Positions 25,083-36,582 of a stretch of 64,000 nucleotides of DNA are shown piece after piece (position 1 is the stretch's first letter; the number at the start of each line of letters is the position of its first letter). The position numbers were made by a program, and so were the translations under genes. The notes beneath the pieces were generated by a model. The model ran no database searches. It worked only from the letters and a program-made list of their open reading frames with translations, and was not told the origin of the DNA. This stretch comes from Neoechinorhynchus agilis. Its lineage: Eukaryota > Animalia > Acanthocephala. The stretch is from the NCBI GenBank assembly GCA_051530055.1, contig CM121343.1:4682389-4746388 (forward strand), read 5' to 3'.

Positions 25083-28000
25083 CCCCACCTCAGGCTGCCT
25101 ACTTCCAACTGGTGCCACCCCAGCTTTTCTGATTTCTACTAGTCCCATCCCCACTTAACGCGCCTGCTTCCAACTGGTGCATCCCCTAGAGTTTGTGATT
25201 CCTACTAGCCCCATCCCCTCCCCAGGCTACCTACTTCTAACTGGTGCCACCCCTAGATTTCCTTATCCCTACTGGTCGCATCCCAACCTCAGGCTATCTG
25301 CTTCCAAATGGTGCCACCCCTAGATTTTCTGATTCCTACTGGTCCCATTCCGGCCCCAGGCTGCACGCTTTCAACTGGTGCCACCCCTAGATTTTCTGAT
25401 TCCTACTGGTCCCATCCCCACCTCAGGCTGCCTGCTTTCAACTGGTGCAACCCCAAATTTTCTGATTCTTACTGGTCCCATCCCCACCTAAGGCTGCCTG
25501 CTTCCAGCTGGTGCCACCCCTAGATTTTCTGATTCCTACTGGTCCCATCCCCACCTCAGGCTGCCTGCTTCCAACTGGTGCCACCCCTAGATTTTCTGAT
25601 TCCTACTGGTCCCATCCCCACCTAAGGCTGCCTGCTTCCAGCTGGTGCCACCCCTAGATTTTCTGATTCCTACTGGTCCCATCCCCACCTCAGGCTGCCT
25701 GCTTCCAGCTGGTGCCACCCCTAGATTTTCTGATTCCTACTGGTCCCATCCCCACCTCAGGCTGCCTGCTTCCAGCTGGTGCCACCCCTAGATTTTCTGA
25801 TTCCTACTGGTCCCATCCCCACCTCAGGCTGCCTGCTTCCAGCTGGTGCCACCCCTAGATTTTCTGATTCCTACTGGTCCCATCCCCACCTCAGGCTGCC
25901 TGCTTCCAGCTGGTGCCACCCCTAGATTTTCTGATTCCTACTGGTCCCATCCCCACCTAAGGCTGCCTGCTTCCAGCTGGTGCCACCCCTAGATTTTCTG
26001 ATTCCTACTGGTCCCATTCCCGCCCCAGGCTGCCCGCTTTCAACTGGTGCCACCCCTAGATTTTATGATTCCTACTGTCCCCTCCCCTCTCAGGCTGCCT
26101 GCTTCCAGCTGGTGCCACCCCTAGATTTTCTGATTCCTACTGGTCCCATTCCCGCCCCAGGCTGCCCGCTTTCAACTGGTGCCACCCCTAGATTTTCTGA
26201 TTCCTACTGGTCCCATCCCCACCTAAGGCTGCCTGCTTCCAGCTGGTGCCACCCCTAGATTTTCTGATTCCTACTGGTCCCATCCCCACCTCAGGCTGCC
26301 TGCTTCCAACTGGTGCCACCCCTAGATTTTCTGATTCCTACTGGTCCCATCCCCACCTCAGGCTGCCTGCTTCCAACTGGTGCCACCCCTAGATTTTCTG
26401 ATTCCTACTGGTCCCATCCCCACCTAAGGCTGCCTGCTTCCAGCTGGTGCCACCCCTAGATTTTCTGATTCCTACTGGTCCCATCCCCACCTCAGGCTGC
26501 CTGCTTCCAACTGGTGCCACCCCTAGATTTTCTGATTCCTACTGGTCCCATCCCCACCTCAGGCTGCCTGCTTCCAGCTGGTGCCACCCCTAGATTTTCT
26601 GATTCCTACTGGTCCCATCCCCACCTCAGGCTGCCTGCTTCCAACTGGTGCCACCCCTAGATTTTCTGATTCCTACTGGTCCCATCCCCACCTCAGGCTG
26701 CCTGCTTCCAACTGGTGCCACCCCTAGATTTTCTGATTCCTACTGGTCCCATCCCCACCTAAGGCTGCCTGCTTCCAGCTGGTGCCACCCCTAGATTTTC
26801 TGATTCCTACTGGTCCCATCCCCATATCAGGCTGCCTGCTCATTACTGGTGCCACTCCTACATTTTCTGATTCCTACTGTCCCCTCCCCTCTCAGGCTGC
26901 CTGCTTCCAACTGGTGCCACCCCTAGATTTTCTGATTCCTACTGGTCCCATCCCCACCTAAGGCTGCCTGCTTCCAGCTGGTGCCACCCCTAGATTTTCT
27001 GATTCCTACTGATCCCATCCCCACCTCAGGCTGCCTGCTTCCAGCTGGTGCCACCCCTAGATTTTCTGATTCCTACTGGTCCCATCCCCACCTCCAGGCT
27101 GCCTGCTTCCAACTGGTGCCACCCCTAGATTTTCTGATTCCTACTGGTCCCATCCCCACCTAAGGCTGCCTGCTTCCAGCTGGTGCCACCCCTAGATTTT
27201 CTGATTCCTACTGGTCCCATCCCCACCTCAGGCTGCCTGCTTCCAACTGGTGCCACCCCTAGATTTTCTGATTCCTACTGGTCCCATCCCCACCTAGGCT
27301 GCCTGCTTCCAACTGGTGCCACCCCTAGATTTTCTGATTCCTACTGGTCCCATCCCCACCTCAGGCTGCCTGCTTCCAACTGGTGCCACCCCTAGATTTT
27401 CTGATTCCTACTGGTCCCATCCCCACCTAAGGCTGCCTGCTTCCAGCTGGTGCCACCCCTAGATTTTCTGATTCCTACTGGTCCCATTCCCGCCCCAGGC
27501 TGCCTGCTTCCAACTGGTGCCACCCCTAGATTTTCTGATTCCTACTGGTCCCATCCCCACCTAAGGCTGCCTGCTTCCAGCTGGTGCCACCCCTAGATTT
27601 TCTGATTCCTACTGGTCCCATCCCCACCTCAGGCTGCCTGCTTCCAACTGGTGCCACCCCTAGATTTTCTGATTCCTACTGGTCCCATCCCCACCTCAGG
27701 CTGCCTGCTTCCAACTGGTGCCACCCCTAGATTTTCTGATTCCTACTGGTCCCATCCCCACCTAAGGCTGCCTGCTTCCAGCTGGTGCCACCCCTAGATT
27801 TTCTGATTCCTACTGGTCCCATCCCCACCTCAGGCTGCCTGCTTCCAACTGGTGCCACCCCTAGATTTTCTGATTCCTACTGGTCCCATCCCCACCTCAG
27901 GCTGCCTGCTTCCAACTGGTGCCACCCCTAGATTTTCTGATTCCTACTGGTCCCATCCCCACCTCAGGCTGCCTGCTTCCAACTGGTGCCACCCCTAGAT

Positions 28001-28797
28001 TTTCTGATTCCTACTGGTCCCATCCCCACCTCAGGCTGCCTGCTTCCAGCTGGTGCCACCCCTAGATTTTCTGATTCCTACTGGTCCCATCCCCACCTCA
28101 GGCTGCCTGCTTCCAACTGGTGCCACCCCTAGATTTTCTGATTCCTACTGGTCCCATCCCCACCTAAGGCTGCCTGCTTCCAGCTGGTGCCACCCCTAGA
28201 TTTTCTGATTCCTACTGATCCCATCCCCACCTCAGGCTGCCTGCTTCCAACTGGTGCCACCCCTAGATTTTCTGATTCCTACTGGTCCCATCCCCACCTC
28301 AGGCTGCCTGCTTCCAGCTGGTGCCACCCCTAGATTTTCTGATTCCTACTGGTCCCATCCCCACCTCAGGCTGCCTGCTTCCAACTGGTGCCACCCCTAG
28401 ATTTTCTGATTCCTACTGGTCCCATCCCCACCTCAGGCTGCCTGCTTCCAGCTGGTGCCACCCCTAGATTTTCTGATTCCTACTGGTCCCATCCCCACCT
28501 CAGGCTGCCTGCTTCCAACTGGTGCCACCCCTAGATTTTCTGATTCCTACTGGTCCCATCCCCATATCAGGCTGCCTGCTCATTACTGGTGCCACTCCTA
28601 GATTTTATGATTCCTACTGTCCCCTCCCCTCTCAGGCTGCCTACTTCTAACTCGTGCCACCCTTATATTTTCTTATTCCTTCTGTTCCCATACCCACCGC
28701 GGGCTGCTTGCTTCCAACTGGTGCGAGCCCAGATTTTCTGATTCTTACTGGTCGCATCCCCACCTCAGGCTGCTTGGATCCAACTGGTGGCATCCCC
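25083..28797. repeat. 67-bp tandem satellite, ~55 copies
   Basis: Consensus CTAGATTTTCTGATTCCTACTGGTCCCATCCCCACCTCAGGCTGCCTGCTTCCA(A/G)CTGGTGCCACCC; period checked (CTAG at 25654, 25721, 25788); edge copies are more diverged. Confidence 0.97.
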
Positions 28798-29330
28798 GAA
28801 CAAATTCCGCATTTCGGCTCATTTCTACATTGCGAAAGTGTGTGTCCCCACTGATTGCATTTAGGGTATTGCGTTAAGATATAATCATAAATAGAGTTAT
28901 TTCTTTGAAAAAATTTATCCAATGAGCTAGGAAACCGGCTGAGGTTCTCTTAAATTTCTCAATGACGTTCACTGGACCTTGCACGAATAAAGCATAGGGA
29001 GTTTTTTCAGATTTTGATATAATAATTTTATTGGTTCAACCTGAAATATCCTTTGAAAGACTTAGAGGTCTTCCTTGTTCAAGTTGGGAATATTGTAAAC
29101 CAGAAGAGACGATTTTCGTGAAATATTACTGAAATCCACTTGGTTATCCTTTAACATTTTTGAAAATAAGTATAATCCTTCATAACATAGAAAGGTGATC
29201 ATATGTGCCCATGTTGTGGAGAAGTGTTTCTTAATCTGATATATTTTAGCATTTTCCCGATTTTTCGTAGCTAGATGACAAAATAGTTCTTAATGACATC
29301 ATTTATGGTTGCGTTACTTTCTTTTTTATA
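28798..29330 (-). mobile_element. Degenerate gag-like ORF1 (CCHC zinc knuckles) of a non-LTR retrotransposon (I/Jockey-like)
   Basis: Encodes TQYPKCNQWGHTLSQCRNEPKCGICSG (one knuckle plus the start of a second), with upstream fragments LLVYNIP and KTPYALFVQGP; frameshifted. Confidence 0.7.
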
Positions 29331-30037
29331 CACAAAATATAATCTTCCCTGAGTCGAAGCAGTTTCGGAATGAAACTATTATTTTCACTTTTTGATAACT
29401 AGGAGGCAGGATGCCGATTATATTCCACATTCTCACCCGAGGCAACAAAGCCAACGTTAGAATTTCTGAAATTTTTGTTAGGGAAAGATGATCCTTCATT
29501 ATGAACAACCGTATTTGGAACTTGGGTGCCCGACCCCAATTAATTTGCATAAACGTCGTTCTATTGTATTTTGATAAAACGCTAATAAAAATGCAGCGGT
29601 CAGTATCCTCATATTAACCAATTCGGAAGTCGCTATTGTATAAGGCGCTCCACATGGTCGCTGGATTAATGACGTGCCATCAAGTCAAAAGTGCCCGGCC
29701 TGTAACAAGCAGCTTTTGTTATTAAATCGGCAGAGCAATACTTTGGATTTGTGACTTGAGGAGTCTTAGAGCAAGACGTAGCATTGTGGTCAAATGAACT
29801 AGCTGAACTCCTCCATCTGAATTCTTCGGTTGTTTTCAAAGACCCAACCGTGTCAAACTTTTCAAGGATCGTCATGTGGAATTTTTCATGGAATTTGAAA
29901 TGCCCACTCGGGGACCTCTTACCGTAACTATTAACCGAAAGAAACGCTTTATAGACGGTTATGAATACATTTGCGTTTCGAACTTTTGTGGTACTAATTT
30001 GAGATTCGGGAATGTGACCGTATTTGATTTTTTGAAG

Positions 30038-31010
30038 ATGAGTAAGCATGGTCGTCATCAAGGCGATGATGATTCTTCACTGGACTCACGACAAAGTATT
30101 CGGACACGCCGAAGACGGAGGAAGCACTCAACTGATTGCCATTGTCGCCATCGCTCGTGGCGATGCTCCTCATCCACGTCATCGTCCTTATACTCAAGTG
30201 GAACGGCTAGTAAAAAGGATCAGCGCCGCCGCAGTAAGCGGTACAAACATCGGCGATCGGAGAGATCGTGTGATATCCATCGTGAGCGAAATCGAACTTG
30301 CGCCTCACCTACCGATTTACACCAAAAACGATCTAGGAATTATAGCCGCGTTCAGCTTAAAAGGGCGACGCCAATCGCCATAGATCGAGGATGTGATCAA
30401 CAGGCTGTCAATAACGGCTTCAATATTGATCGACCGGTAGCAGAAGAAGCGTTCGTTTCGCCTAAACACTCATATTCACAAAGGGTTGAAAATACGGCGA
30501 AAACGAGTGCAAAGGATCTACGCTCTTTGAAATCCATTGTTGTCGTTGCTGCTGAAAAGAACAATCAAATAGAACTGACTAATCAAATGATAAAAGAAAT
30601 TAATAGTCAACCGTATATCGTTTACCGTGCTAGATTACCGCTTGCAATGAGGAGATCTCCACTTCCTATTAAATATGATCCGGAGTTCTTAGAACTAATG
30701 ACAATCTCGCTGCAAACTCCAAAAGCCCGTAAGCCGCTCACCTACGGGGAAAAGGTTGAAAAGTTAAGAGAAGCAGAGTCCCGTGTAGCCCCGGCGCTTA
30801 AACTGTTGTTCGATAAACGCCAAATATCGAAAGATGATTACAAAAACATCTTAAAGGATATTGTTGATATTGTAAGCTTTAATTTTTAATTTTTCGATTA
30901 GAATATCTTCTAGTGCATTCGCATAGATCGGCTACGATACAGCCATTTATAGCGACGAAAATATCAAAATGATGGTTAATGTTCATCTGAGAATGTACGC
31001 TTGCGACTGA
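30038..31010 (+). CDS. RS-rich protein with C-terminal SRI (Set2-Rpb1-interacting) domain, PHRF1/SCAF11/SCAF1-like, ~305 aa
   Basis: Exon 30038-30871 (MSKHGRH...RRRSKRYKHRRSERS...EAESRVAPALKLLFDKRQISKDDYKNILKDIVDI) spliced through a 55-bp GTAAGC...CATAG intron to 30927-31010 (IGYDTAIYSDENIKMMVNVHLRMYACD*). Matches the SRI pattern IKPFYxKxxITKxEYKxIxxK. The 5' end is uncertain because the frame is open from ~29806. Confidence 0.75.
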
Positions 31011-31205
31011 ACGGAAATAATTGATTATGTAAATTAAATCACTTTTTATTTGAGTGTATTGGATTAAAGATTGGTAATATTCTGCGAACAATCCTGAACG
31101 ATGAAAATCAAGAAAACAAAGACGAGGTTATCTCGTATATGGCTTTGAAATCTAATTAGACAATCTCAAAATCTTTTATTTTAAACTGAATAGATTTATA
31201 TAACA

Positions 31206-32090
31206 CGTTAGATCATTCATGCCACCGCTCTGGATCATTCAGCTGCGTCCTTGGGTAACGGTCGAAAGACGGATGTAGCGTTCCCTCGTTGCACAGCCAG
31301 GCTTATGTTTTGTAGGAGGAATGCTAGTGATCTCAGATCGCCAACGATTCGTCTCAATCTCTTAGACAATTGCTTGACCAGGTCCTGCTCCACGGTACCA
31401 ACTGATCCGAGCGTCTAGACCCCAAGGCGAACAAAATAATGATTTCGACTCAGGTTTCTGTATTTAATCATTTTGCGTTCTTCAGTGGCGGTTGCTGCTC
31501 CCCCTGGTTTAATAGTGGCGAATTTTATGTTGGAGGCGGCGAGCGTGTGCACGCACGTGGCGTCCCAGAGAAGGCATTTTCCTTTTCACGACGGGAATGC
31601 TGTGACATCGTTTGGTCTACGGCCACCGAGTCTGCAAAGATTACTGGGCTCTAGGATGTTGGACGCATTCACAGTATTCAGGGCACGACTAAGAGAATTG
31701 CGTTTACTTCGGCGTGTCGTGGGAACCTTCCGCGTGATTGCCGACAGACGAGACCATGGCGCCCCGATGGTTCAACGGGAGCGATGGGATGCCGGTACCA
31801 AGTCTCATATACACTGCACTCCATACTGTCTCGTCCGAAAGAAGGGTTCCCACAGAAGCGATTGGGATAGCGTTGAGCAAAGCACCCGATTCTCTTGTAT
31901 AGACTGCCGCCAATCGTGTGCGGTACACCAGGTCACGAGAATCTGAAATTAACGAGTTATGAATTCTCGATACCAGGGGTAAGTCCCAAACTGATTGTTT
32001 ACGACCATTGACGGGTACTTGCTCGCTGCCTGAATATTCACACCAAAGATAAAGAGCCTCCACGAAATTTTCGTCCAAAGTCTCAATGCG
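31206..32090 (-). mobile_element. 5'-truncated CRE-clade non-LTR retrotransposon (post-RT region + RLE endonuclease), degenerate
   Basis: QSVWDLPL...RTRLAAVYTRESGALLNAIP...GTLLSDE...VYMRLG, then ILEPSNLCRLGGRRPNDVTAFPS*KGKCLLWDATC...EERKMIKY...QNISLAVQRGNATSV; in-frame stops and frameshifts. Confidence 0.9.
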
Positions 32091-32497
32091 ATATTTCTTC
32101 TCACTTTGTCGTTTTTCATTTTAGATTTGACTCATTCGAACGCCAACTATTCGACGTGTATATTCTAAACGTACATAAGTGCGACTCTACTTTTTAGAGA
32201 CCGCGGTGCTCTTAAGTTACTTCTTTTTATAGTCTAATAAATGACAGTTTTAAAAGACATTACTGATCGTGGTCTCAGTTATAATAATAACACGTTTTAT
32301 TTGTTGTTGATTCACAAAGAAGAGGACCCATGTACCTTTGAGTCCTCAAAAACACTCGATTTCTGATTGGAAAATGAAACTGGCTATTGATTTTGGAGTT
32401 GATTACGAATCCGGGCGGGTGGCAATATCCGGTCAGGTTAATTGGTTTTTATTGCTTGCAGGAGCGCTTGTAAAGTTGGTCTTTCATCCGCTTCAAT

Positions 32498-32971
32498 TCA
32501 GGTTATGATATCCGAGAAGATTGGACAGCATGGAAAAAGGAGCGTAGGTATAGGGAAGTGCGAGATAAAGGAGGATGAAACGATTCGAACACCGCAATTA
32601 TAAAGGACATCGCAGATCAGAAATAAATAAGCCAGCTTTCTGAACGCAATCGCAGTGGCCGTTTCGGTTGCGTCGCCGCAATCAAGCATATTGCCAATAA
32701 TCATATCAATTACCTGTTCAGCATTATCAGAATAATCTATACATAACATCATACATTCAACAACTGAATCTCGCTCAAGTGTTAGACTCTTCAACCTCCG
32801 GTTTAACGTTGCCCTTCGTCGGTCTGAAATTCGACCACGTTTTTTCTCGAACTCCAAATGTGATTTCGCTGGACGATCTGTGTAGAGTTTAAAGTTGAAC
32901 AGAAGATTTTCGAAATCTCTGTAATATTCAACTTCTTTAAATTGTATCTTTTTCGTGCTTAAGAAGATCAA
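32498..32971 (-). pseudogene. U2SURP/SR140-like fragment (SURP end + CID domain), probably truncated
   Basis: IFLSTKKIQFKEVEYYR...KRGRISDRRRATLNRRLKSLTLERDSVVECMMLCIDYSDNAEQVIDMI...KLAYLFLICDVLYNC resembles the U2SURP CID ([32 protein letters not shown]...RLYLVSDVLYNS). It stops inside the domain and no RRM exon is found upstream. Confidence 0.6.
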
Positions 32972-33356
32972 CCTTAAATATGTTGCCTAGATTAGCTTTT
33001 TTCACTGAGATGAATAGTCAAACGAATTATTCAAATGAGCGAGTGTTTACCATGACGCACTTCCCGTTTTTAAACTAAATCATAATTATTGGAAAATGAG
33101 CAATAGAATTTAAAATAATCCTGTCGCCTTTACGTGATGTTTCAATGCGAAAAGTAAAAAAAACGAAAATAAAGGAGATCGTGAGGAAAGCATGAAAAAT
33201 GAAACTTGAATATCAACAGAAAAATGAACCGAAGAGACGAAAAGAGTTAGAGGAGCTAAAAGTAGGTTGAACAAAAAGTTAGAAAGCAAAATTCGAAGAC
33301 GCGAATGCCCCCTGCAATTAAGAAATGGTGCGAATTTGTGGAGTTTATGAGCTCCA

Positions 33357-33690
33357 TCATACAGTCAGTGAGAGGCCGGAGGGAGCCAGACGCCAGCGAT
33401 GAGCTACGAAATGGACTGCGATGAATTCTAGATCGGGGTTTTCTAGAGAGCCTGTGAGAGATAAAGAGTAAGGTAGCGATTGCCGCACGTAAATTGGGAC
33501 CCACTCCTGGACAGTCCTCGCGGTTTGTATAGAAGGAAGAGTACCCGGGAATGAATGGCTGAATCGCTGTTGAAGGGGGTAAGTCACGTTTCTGTTAAGA
33601 TTACTACGTCGGCTTTTGAGGTAGATGAAATGAGTGAAATTTCATCCAGTTTAGGAAGGACGCTACGAGTATCGAAGTAGAAAATGGCGG
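33357..33690 (-). mobile_element. Degenerate APE endonuclease (ORF2 5' end) of a CR1/L2-type LINE
   Basis: FYFDTRSVLPKLDEISLISSTSKADVVILTET*L (ETWL with W to TGA), frameshift to IPGYSSFYTNRED, then PIYVRQSL...ENPDLEFIAV. Confidence 0.8.
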
Positions 33691-33938
33691 GGAAGTGAAT
33701 GTTTGCAATTCGGCAAACCTGGGGCGGATCTGAGTGACATTTAGGTTGCATTTTTCGTCGCTGGTGATGGATTTAGGAAGGAATCGTTACGGGATACCGA
33801 TAAAGAACGATTGATTATCCCAAAGAGAGAAATCAGGGGGCGACTCGAAAATTTGAGTTGGAATGAGTGAATGGTAGGGATAGAAATGAATTAGGGATTG
33901 GGACTTTGCATGGGTCAGCTACGGTTGGATAGGCCGAT

Positions 33939-34733
33939 TTATTGCGATTTTGAGATTCGGGAAAAAAGAGTATTTAATGTGGAAGGGCTAGGAGATTGCC
34001 CTTTGTGCTTATTCGGGCGCCAGTGGATTTGCACATAATCAAAGAAACTGGGAAGTCGCTTATTCTTCGATTTTTTTGGGATGGGGGAGATGTTCTCGGG
34101 CGTTTCCTGAAAGTGACGGGTTACATTGGGAAGATGTGTTCTGTGTTGAGTTTGTAAGGCCGGTGGAAAGATTTTGTGATAAGTTCTTACGTGGATACTC
34201 CTGTTAAGAAATAGGGCGGCAACGAATGGTGAAATAAAAGTCAGTTTGAGGAGACGCGGTCTCGGGTTAAAGAGATTTTTTTGGGGGGAATGCGCATAAT
34301 TGTTGATGGGGGGAGGAATAGTCGGGTGAATGTCGGGAAAAGGGAGTTGACCGATTTGAAGGATTTGGTGGCGGTTATATGTATCAGCGGCGACAGGATC
34401 TATAACGGGGGCTTCCGGCATACCAGAAAAAGATATGGTGCGATTTCTATCCTGGATGGAGGAGTGCATGATGCAATGGGTCGAATTCAGAGCAACGAGG
34501 GATGATGGCCGGGGTGGAGAAGGCGTATCATTACCGAAATTAATCGAAGGGTTGATTGATTTTAATGGGGTTCCTCTTTTTGCTCTTGTTTCTACTCGTT
34601 CAGGTGTTACTTGGACCTTTTGTTCGGCCGTAGCTTTCATAGTAATTACTTCAGCTGAATCGCTTTCGTTTTCCCTATCATTACCTTTTATCAAAGTCAC
34701 AATAATACTCCTCCACAGTAATATTGGAATCAT
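33939..34733 (-). CDS. Unassigned Pro/Ser/Thr-rich ORF just upstream of the APE remnant (LINE ORF1/5' region or an exon of an orphan gene)
   Basis: 264-codon ORF with no recognisable domain; possible acceptor near 34686 and possible upstream exons at 34842-35114 and ~35150-35290. Confidence 0.25.
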   Translation of the reverse strand: MIPILLWRSIIVTLIKGNDRENESDSAEVITMKATAEQKVQVTPERVETRAKRGTPLKSINPSINFGNDTPSPPRPSSLVALNSTHCIMHSSIQDRNRTISFSGMPEAPVIDPVAADTYNRHQILQIGQLPFPDIHPTIPPPINNYAHSPQKNLFNPRPRLLKLTFISPFVAALFLNRSIHVRTYHKIFPPALQTQHRTHLPNVTRHFQETPENISPIPKKSKNKRLPSFFDYVQIHWRPNKHKGQSPSPSTLNTLFSRISKSQ

Positions 34734-36582
34734 AAAGTACTACAGGCTGAATATCCTCTAATGGTGGTACTAAGTCCCTAGTAAAAGTCGAAATATTGAA
34801 TACAAAGAAAGGTTTAGGAGGACCTATGTGCTTTTGGGTCCTCATCTGTTAATATGGGTATATCCAGTCGAGGGATGCGTGTTAAGGGGGTAATATCTGG
34901 TCGGAGGGATGTCTATTCGATTGGAGACGGTTCGTTCGGGTGAGGATGTGTCCGTTCGATTGAGAATATCCGGTTGGGTTGGAAGGTGCGTTCTGGTGGG
35001 AATTGGTGTCGTACGACTTGCGTGGTCGTCGAATTTCGACCTAACAACCATATCTCTGGCCATTTTGTTTTCGCGCCGACCAGAATTAGGTGTGTGATTG
35101 GCACATTGGTACACCTAAAATTAAAAGAAGAAAATAGCCCCCGCTAATACATTTTTAAGTGTGCTCATCACTTCAATTAATGAGTCCTTTAAAGTTTCAG
35201 TAACTCGTTCAAAGCATTTCTTTAGTGCAGAGACATTAAAATAGCCCAGAATTTCGGTAGCGTTTGAAAGAAGGAAATATCAATATTTTGTGAGCGGATA
35301 TTGATCACAGGATCATTGAAATTTACTCGTTAGTTGAAGATTCATTTTAACTGTATATTCCTGAAAAATGCGAGAAAATCCTAAATGTACTGATGTTGCA
35401 AAGCGAGAAGCTGCATTTTGCAACGAAAATTAAAGTCTGTCTATTTTCGTTTACCGTTCATTGAGTGGAGGACGTTAACAAGAGATAGGACGTTGACTGA
35501 ACTGCGAGAGAGGACGTTGACTCGAGAGGTATCAAGATTTTCTAATGCTTTATTGCCTTTTTCCTCTCGAAGAAATCAATGGCATTCATCAGAATCGTTG
35601 GACCGTTCCTAAGACTTTAATTTTAAGCGGCTTTCTTGATAATTCTGCCTGTTATAGATCCTCGTTTCCCTTTGGTTATCGATTGAACTTGCATGCTGAG
35701 TATTCAATAGATAAAGCTTACACTAAATCTCGTTTTCCTTCCTATAACCAAGGTCAGGTCAATACCTGGTTCAAAATATCAGCATTGCCATGTTGAGAGG
35801 CAACACTGCAAGCATTCGGGCGACAATTGAGGACGAGGACGGCTAGGCATATAACAGTTTGTGAGCGAGCGCTAAAATAAATACTTTGTATTATGCTACT
35901 CCATTATCTTGGGAGTTTTTTTCTAAAAGATTTTTATCGAAAAAGTTTGTAACTCAACAGTCGCATTGAAAGAAACGCTCTATTGCTACATAAAATTTGC
36001 AACACTCCGTCCCTTTTATCAAATCGGTCATTAAACATTCTCGTGTATTACGTATTTTCGCTGTCTAAAGATCAAACTCGACTTCCTTACTATTTATGCT
36101 TTTTCGTTTAACCAATCAAATCATTTTGACGCCCGACATTTACTTCAAAACCACTTTTTAAGCGCCAGGGTTCTTTTGTCCAAATCGAATGTAAAATTGG
36201 TTATGTTTAACTCTTAACTTCGGATTAGTGAGTCCTTAATGACGGTGCTATTCACTAGTTGAACAATCATTACATATTAAAAATCTGTATAATTCGTTGG
36301 GGTCTAGAGTCGCTTTAGGTTTGACTACACGTTAAGCTCGGTTCAAAGTAAATAACACTCCTAAACAAGATGCTCGAAAACACGGAAAGCTGAATGCAGC
36401 AATTGTTCTCAATCATAAAGATCAAAACGCCCATATTCGACGCTGAATTTTCTGAATTTCCTTAAGGAAAACATTTATAAGCTTAAAATGCCTATGAAGT
36501 TTTGCGAGCTGATCTACGTTTTTAGAATATGAATTGAGCACGAAGGGCAAACGCAGAGGCGTGGTACTCGGCCGAAGACAAA

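Noticed and set aside
25083-28797. CRISPR array or repeat-protein gene in the 67-bp repeat
   Set aside because: No unique spacers; 67 is not a multiple of 3, so ORFs stay short.
31200-32296. ATAACACGTT direct repeat (31200-31209 and 32287-32296) as a TSD of the CRE element
   Set aside because: The left copy overlaps the element's own 3' end as defined by the second copy, and the right copy belongs to a sequence also seen near 24509.
33357-33587. ORF first read as the SURP domain of the U2SURP-like gene
   Set aside because: Upstream frames (DTRSVLPKLDEI...ILTET*L, IPGY) show it is a LINE APE endonuclease remnant.
35560-35820. HGNAD motif suggesting a Gypsy RNase H remnant (minus)
   Set aside because: A single short motif among many stops; not enough support.
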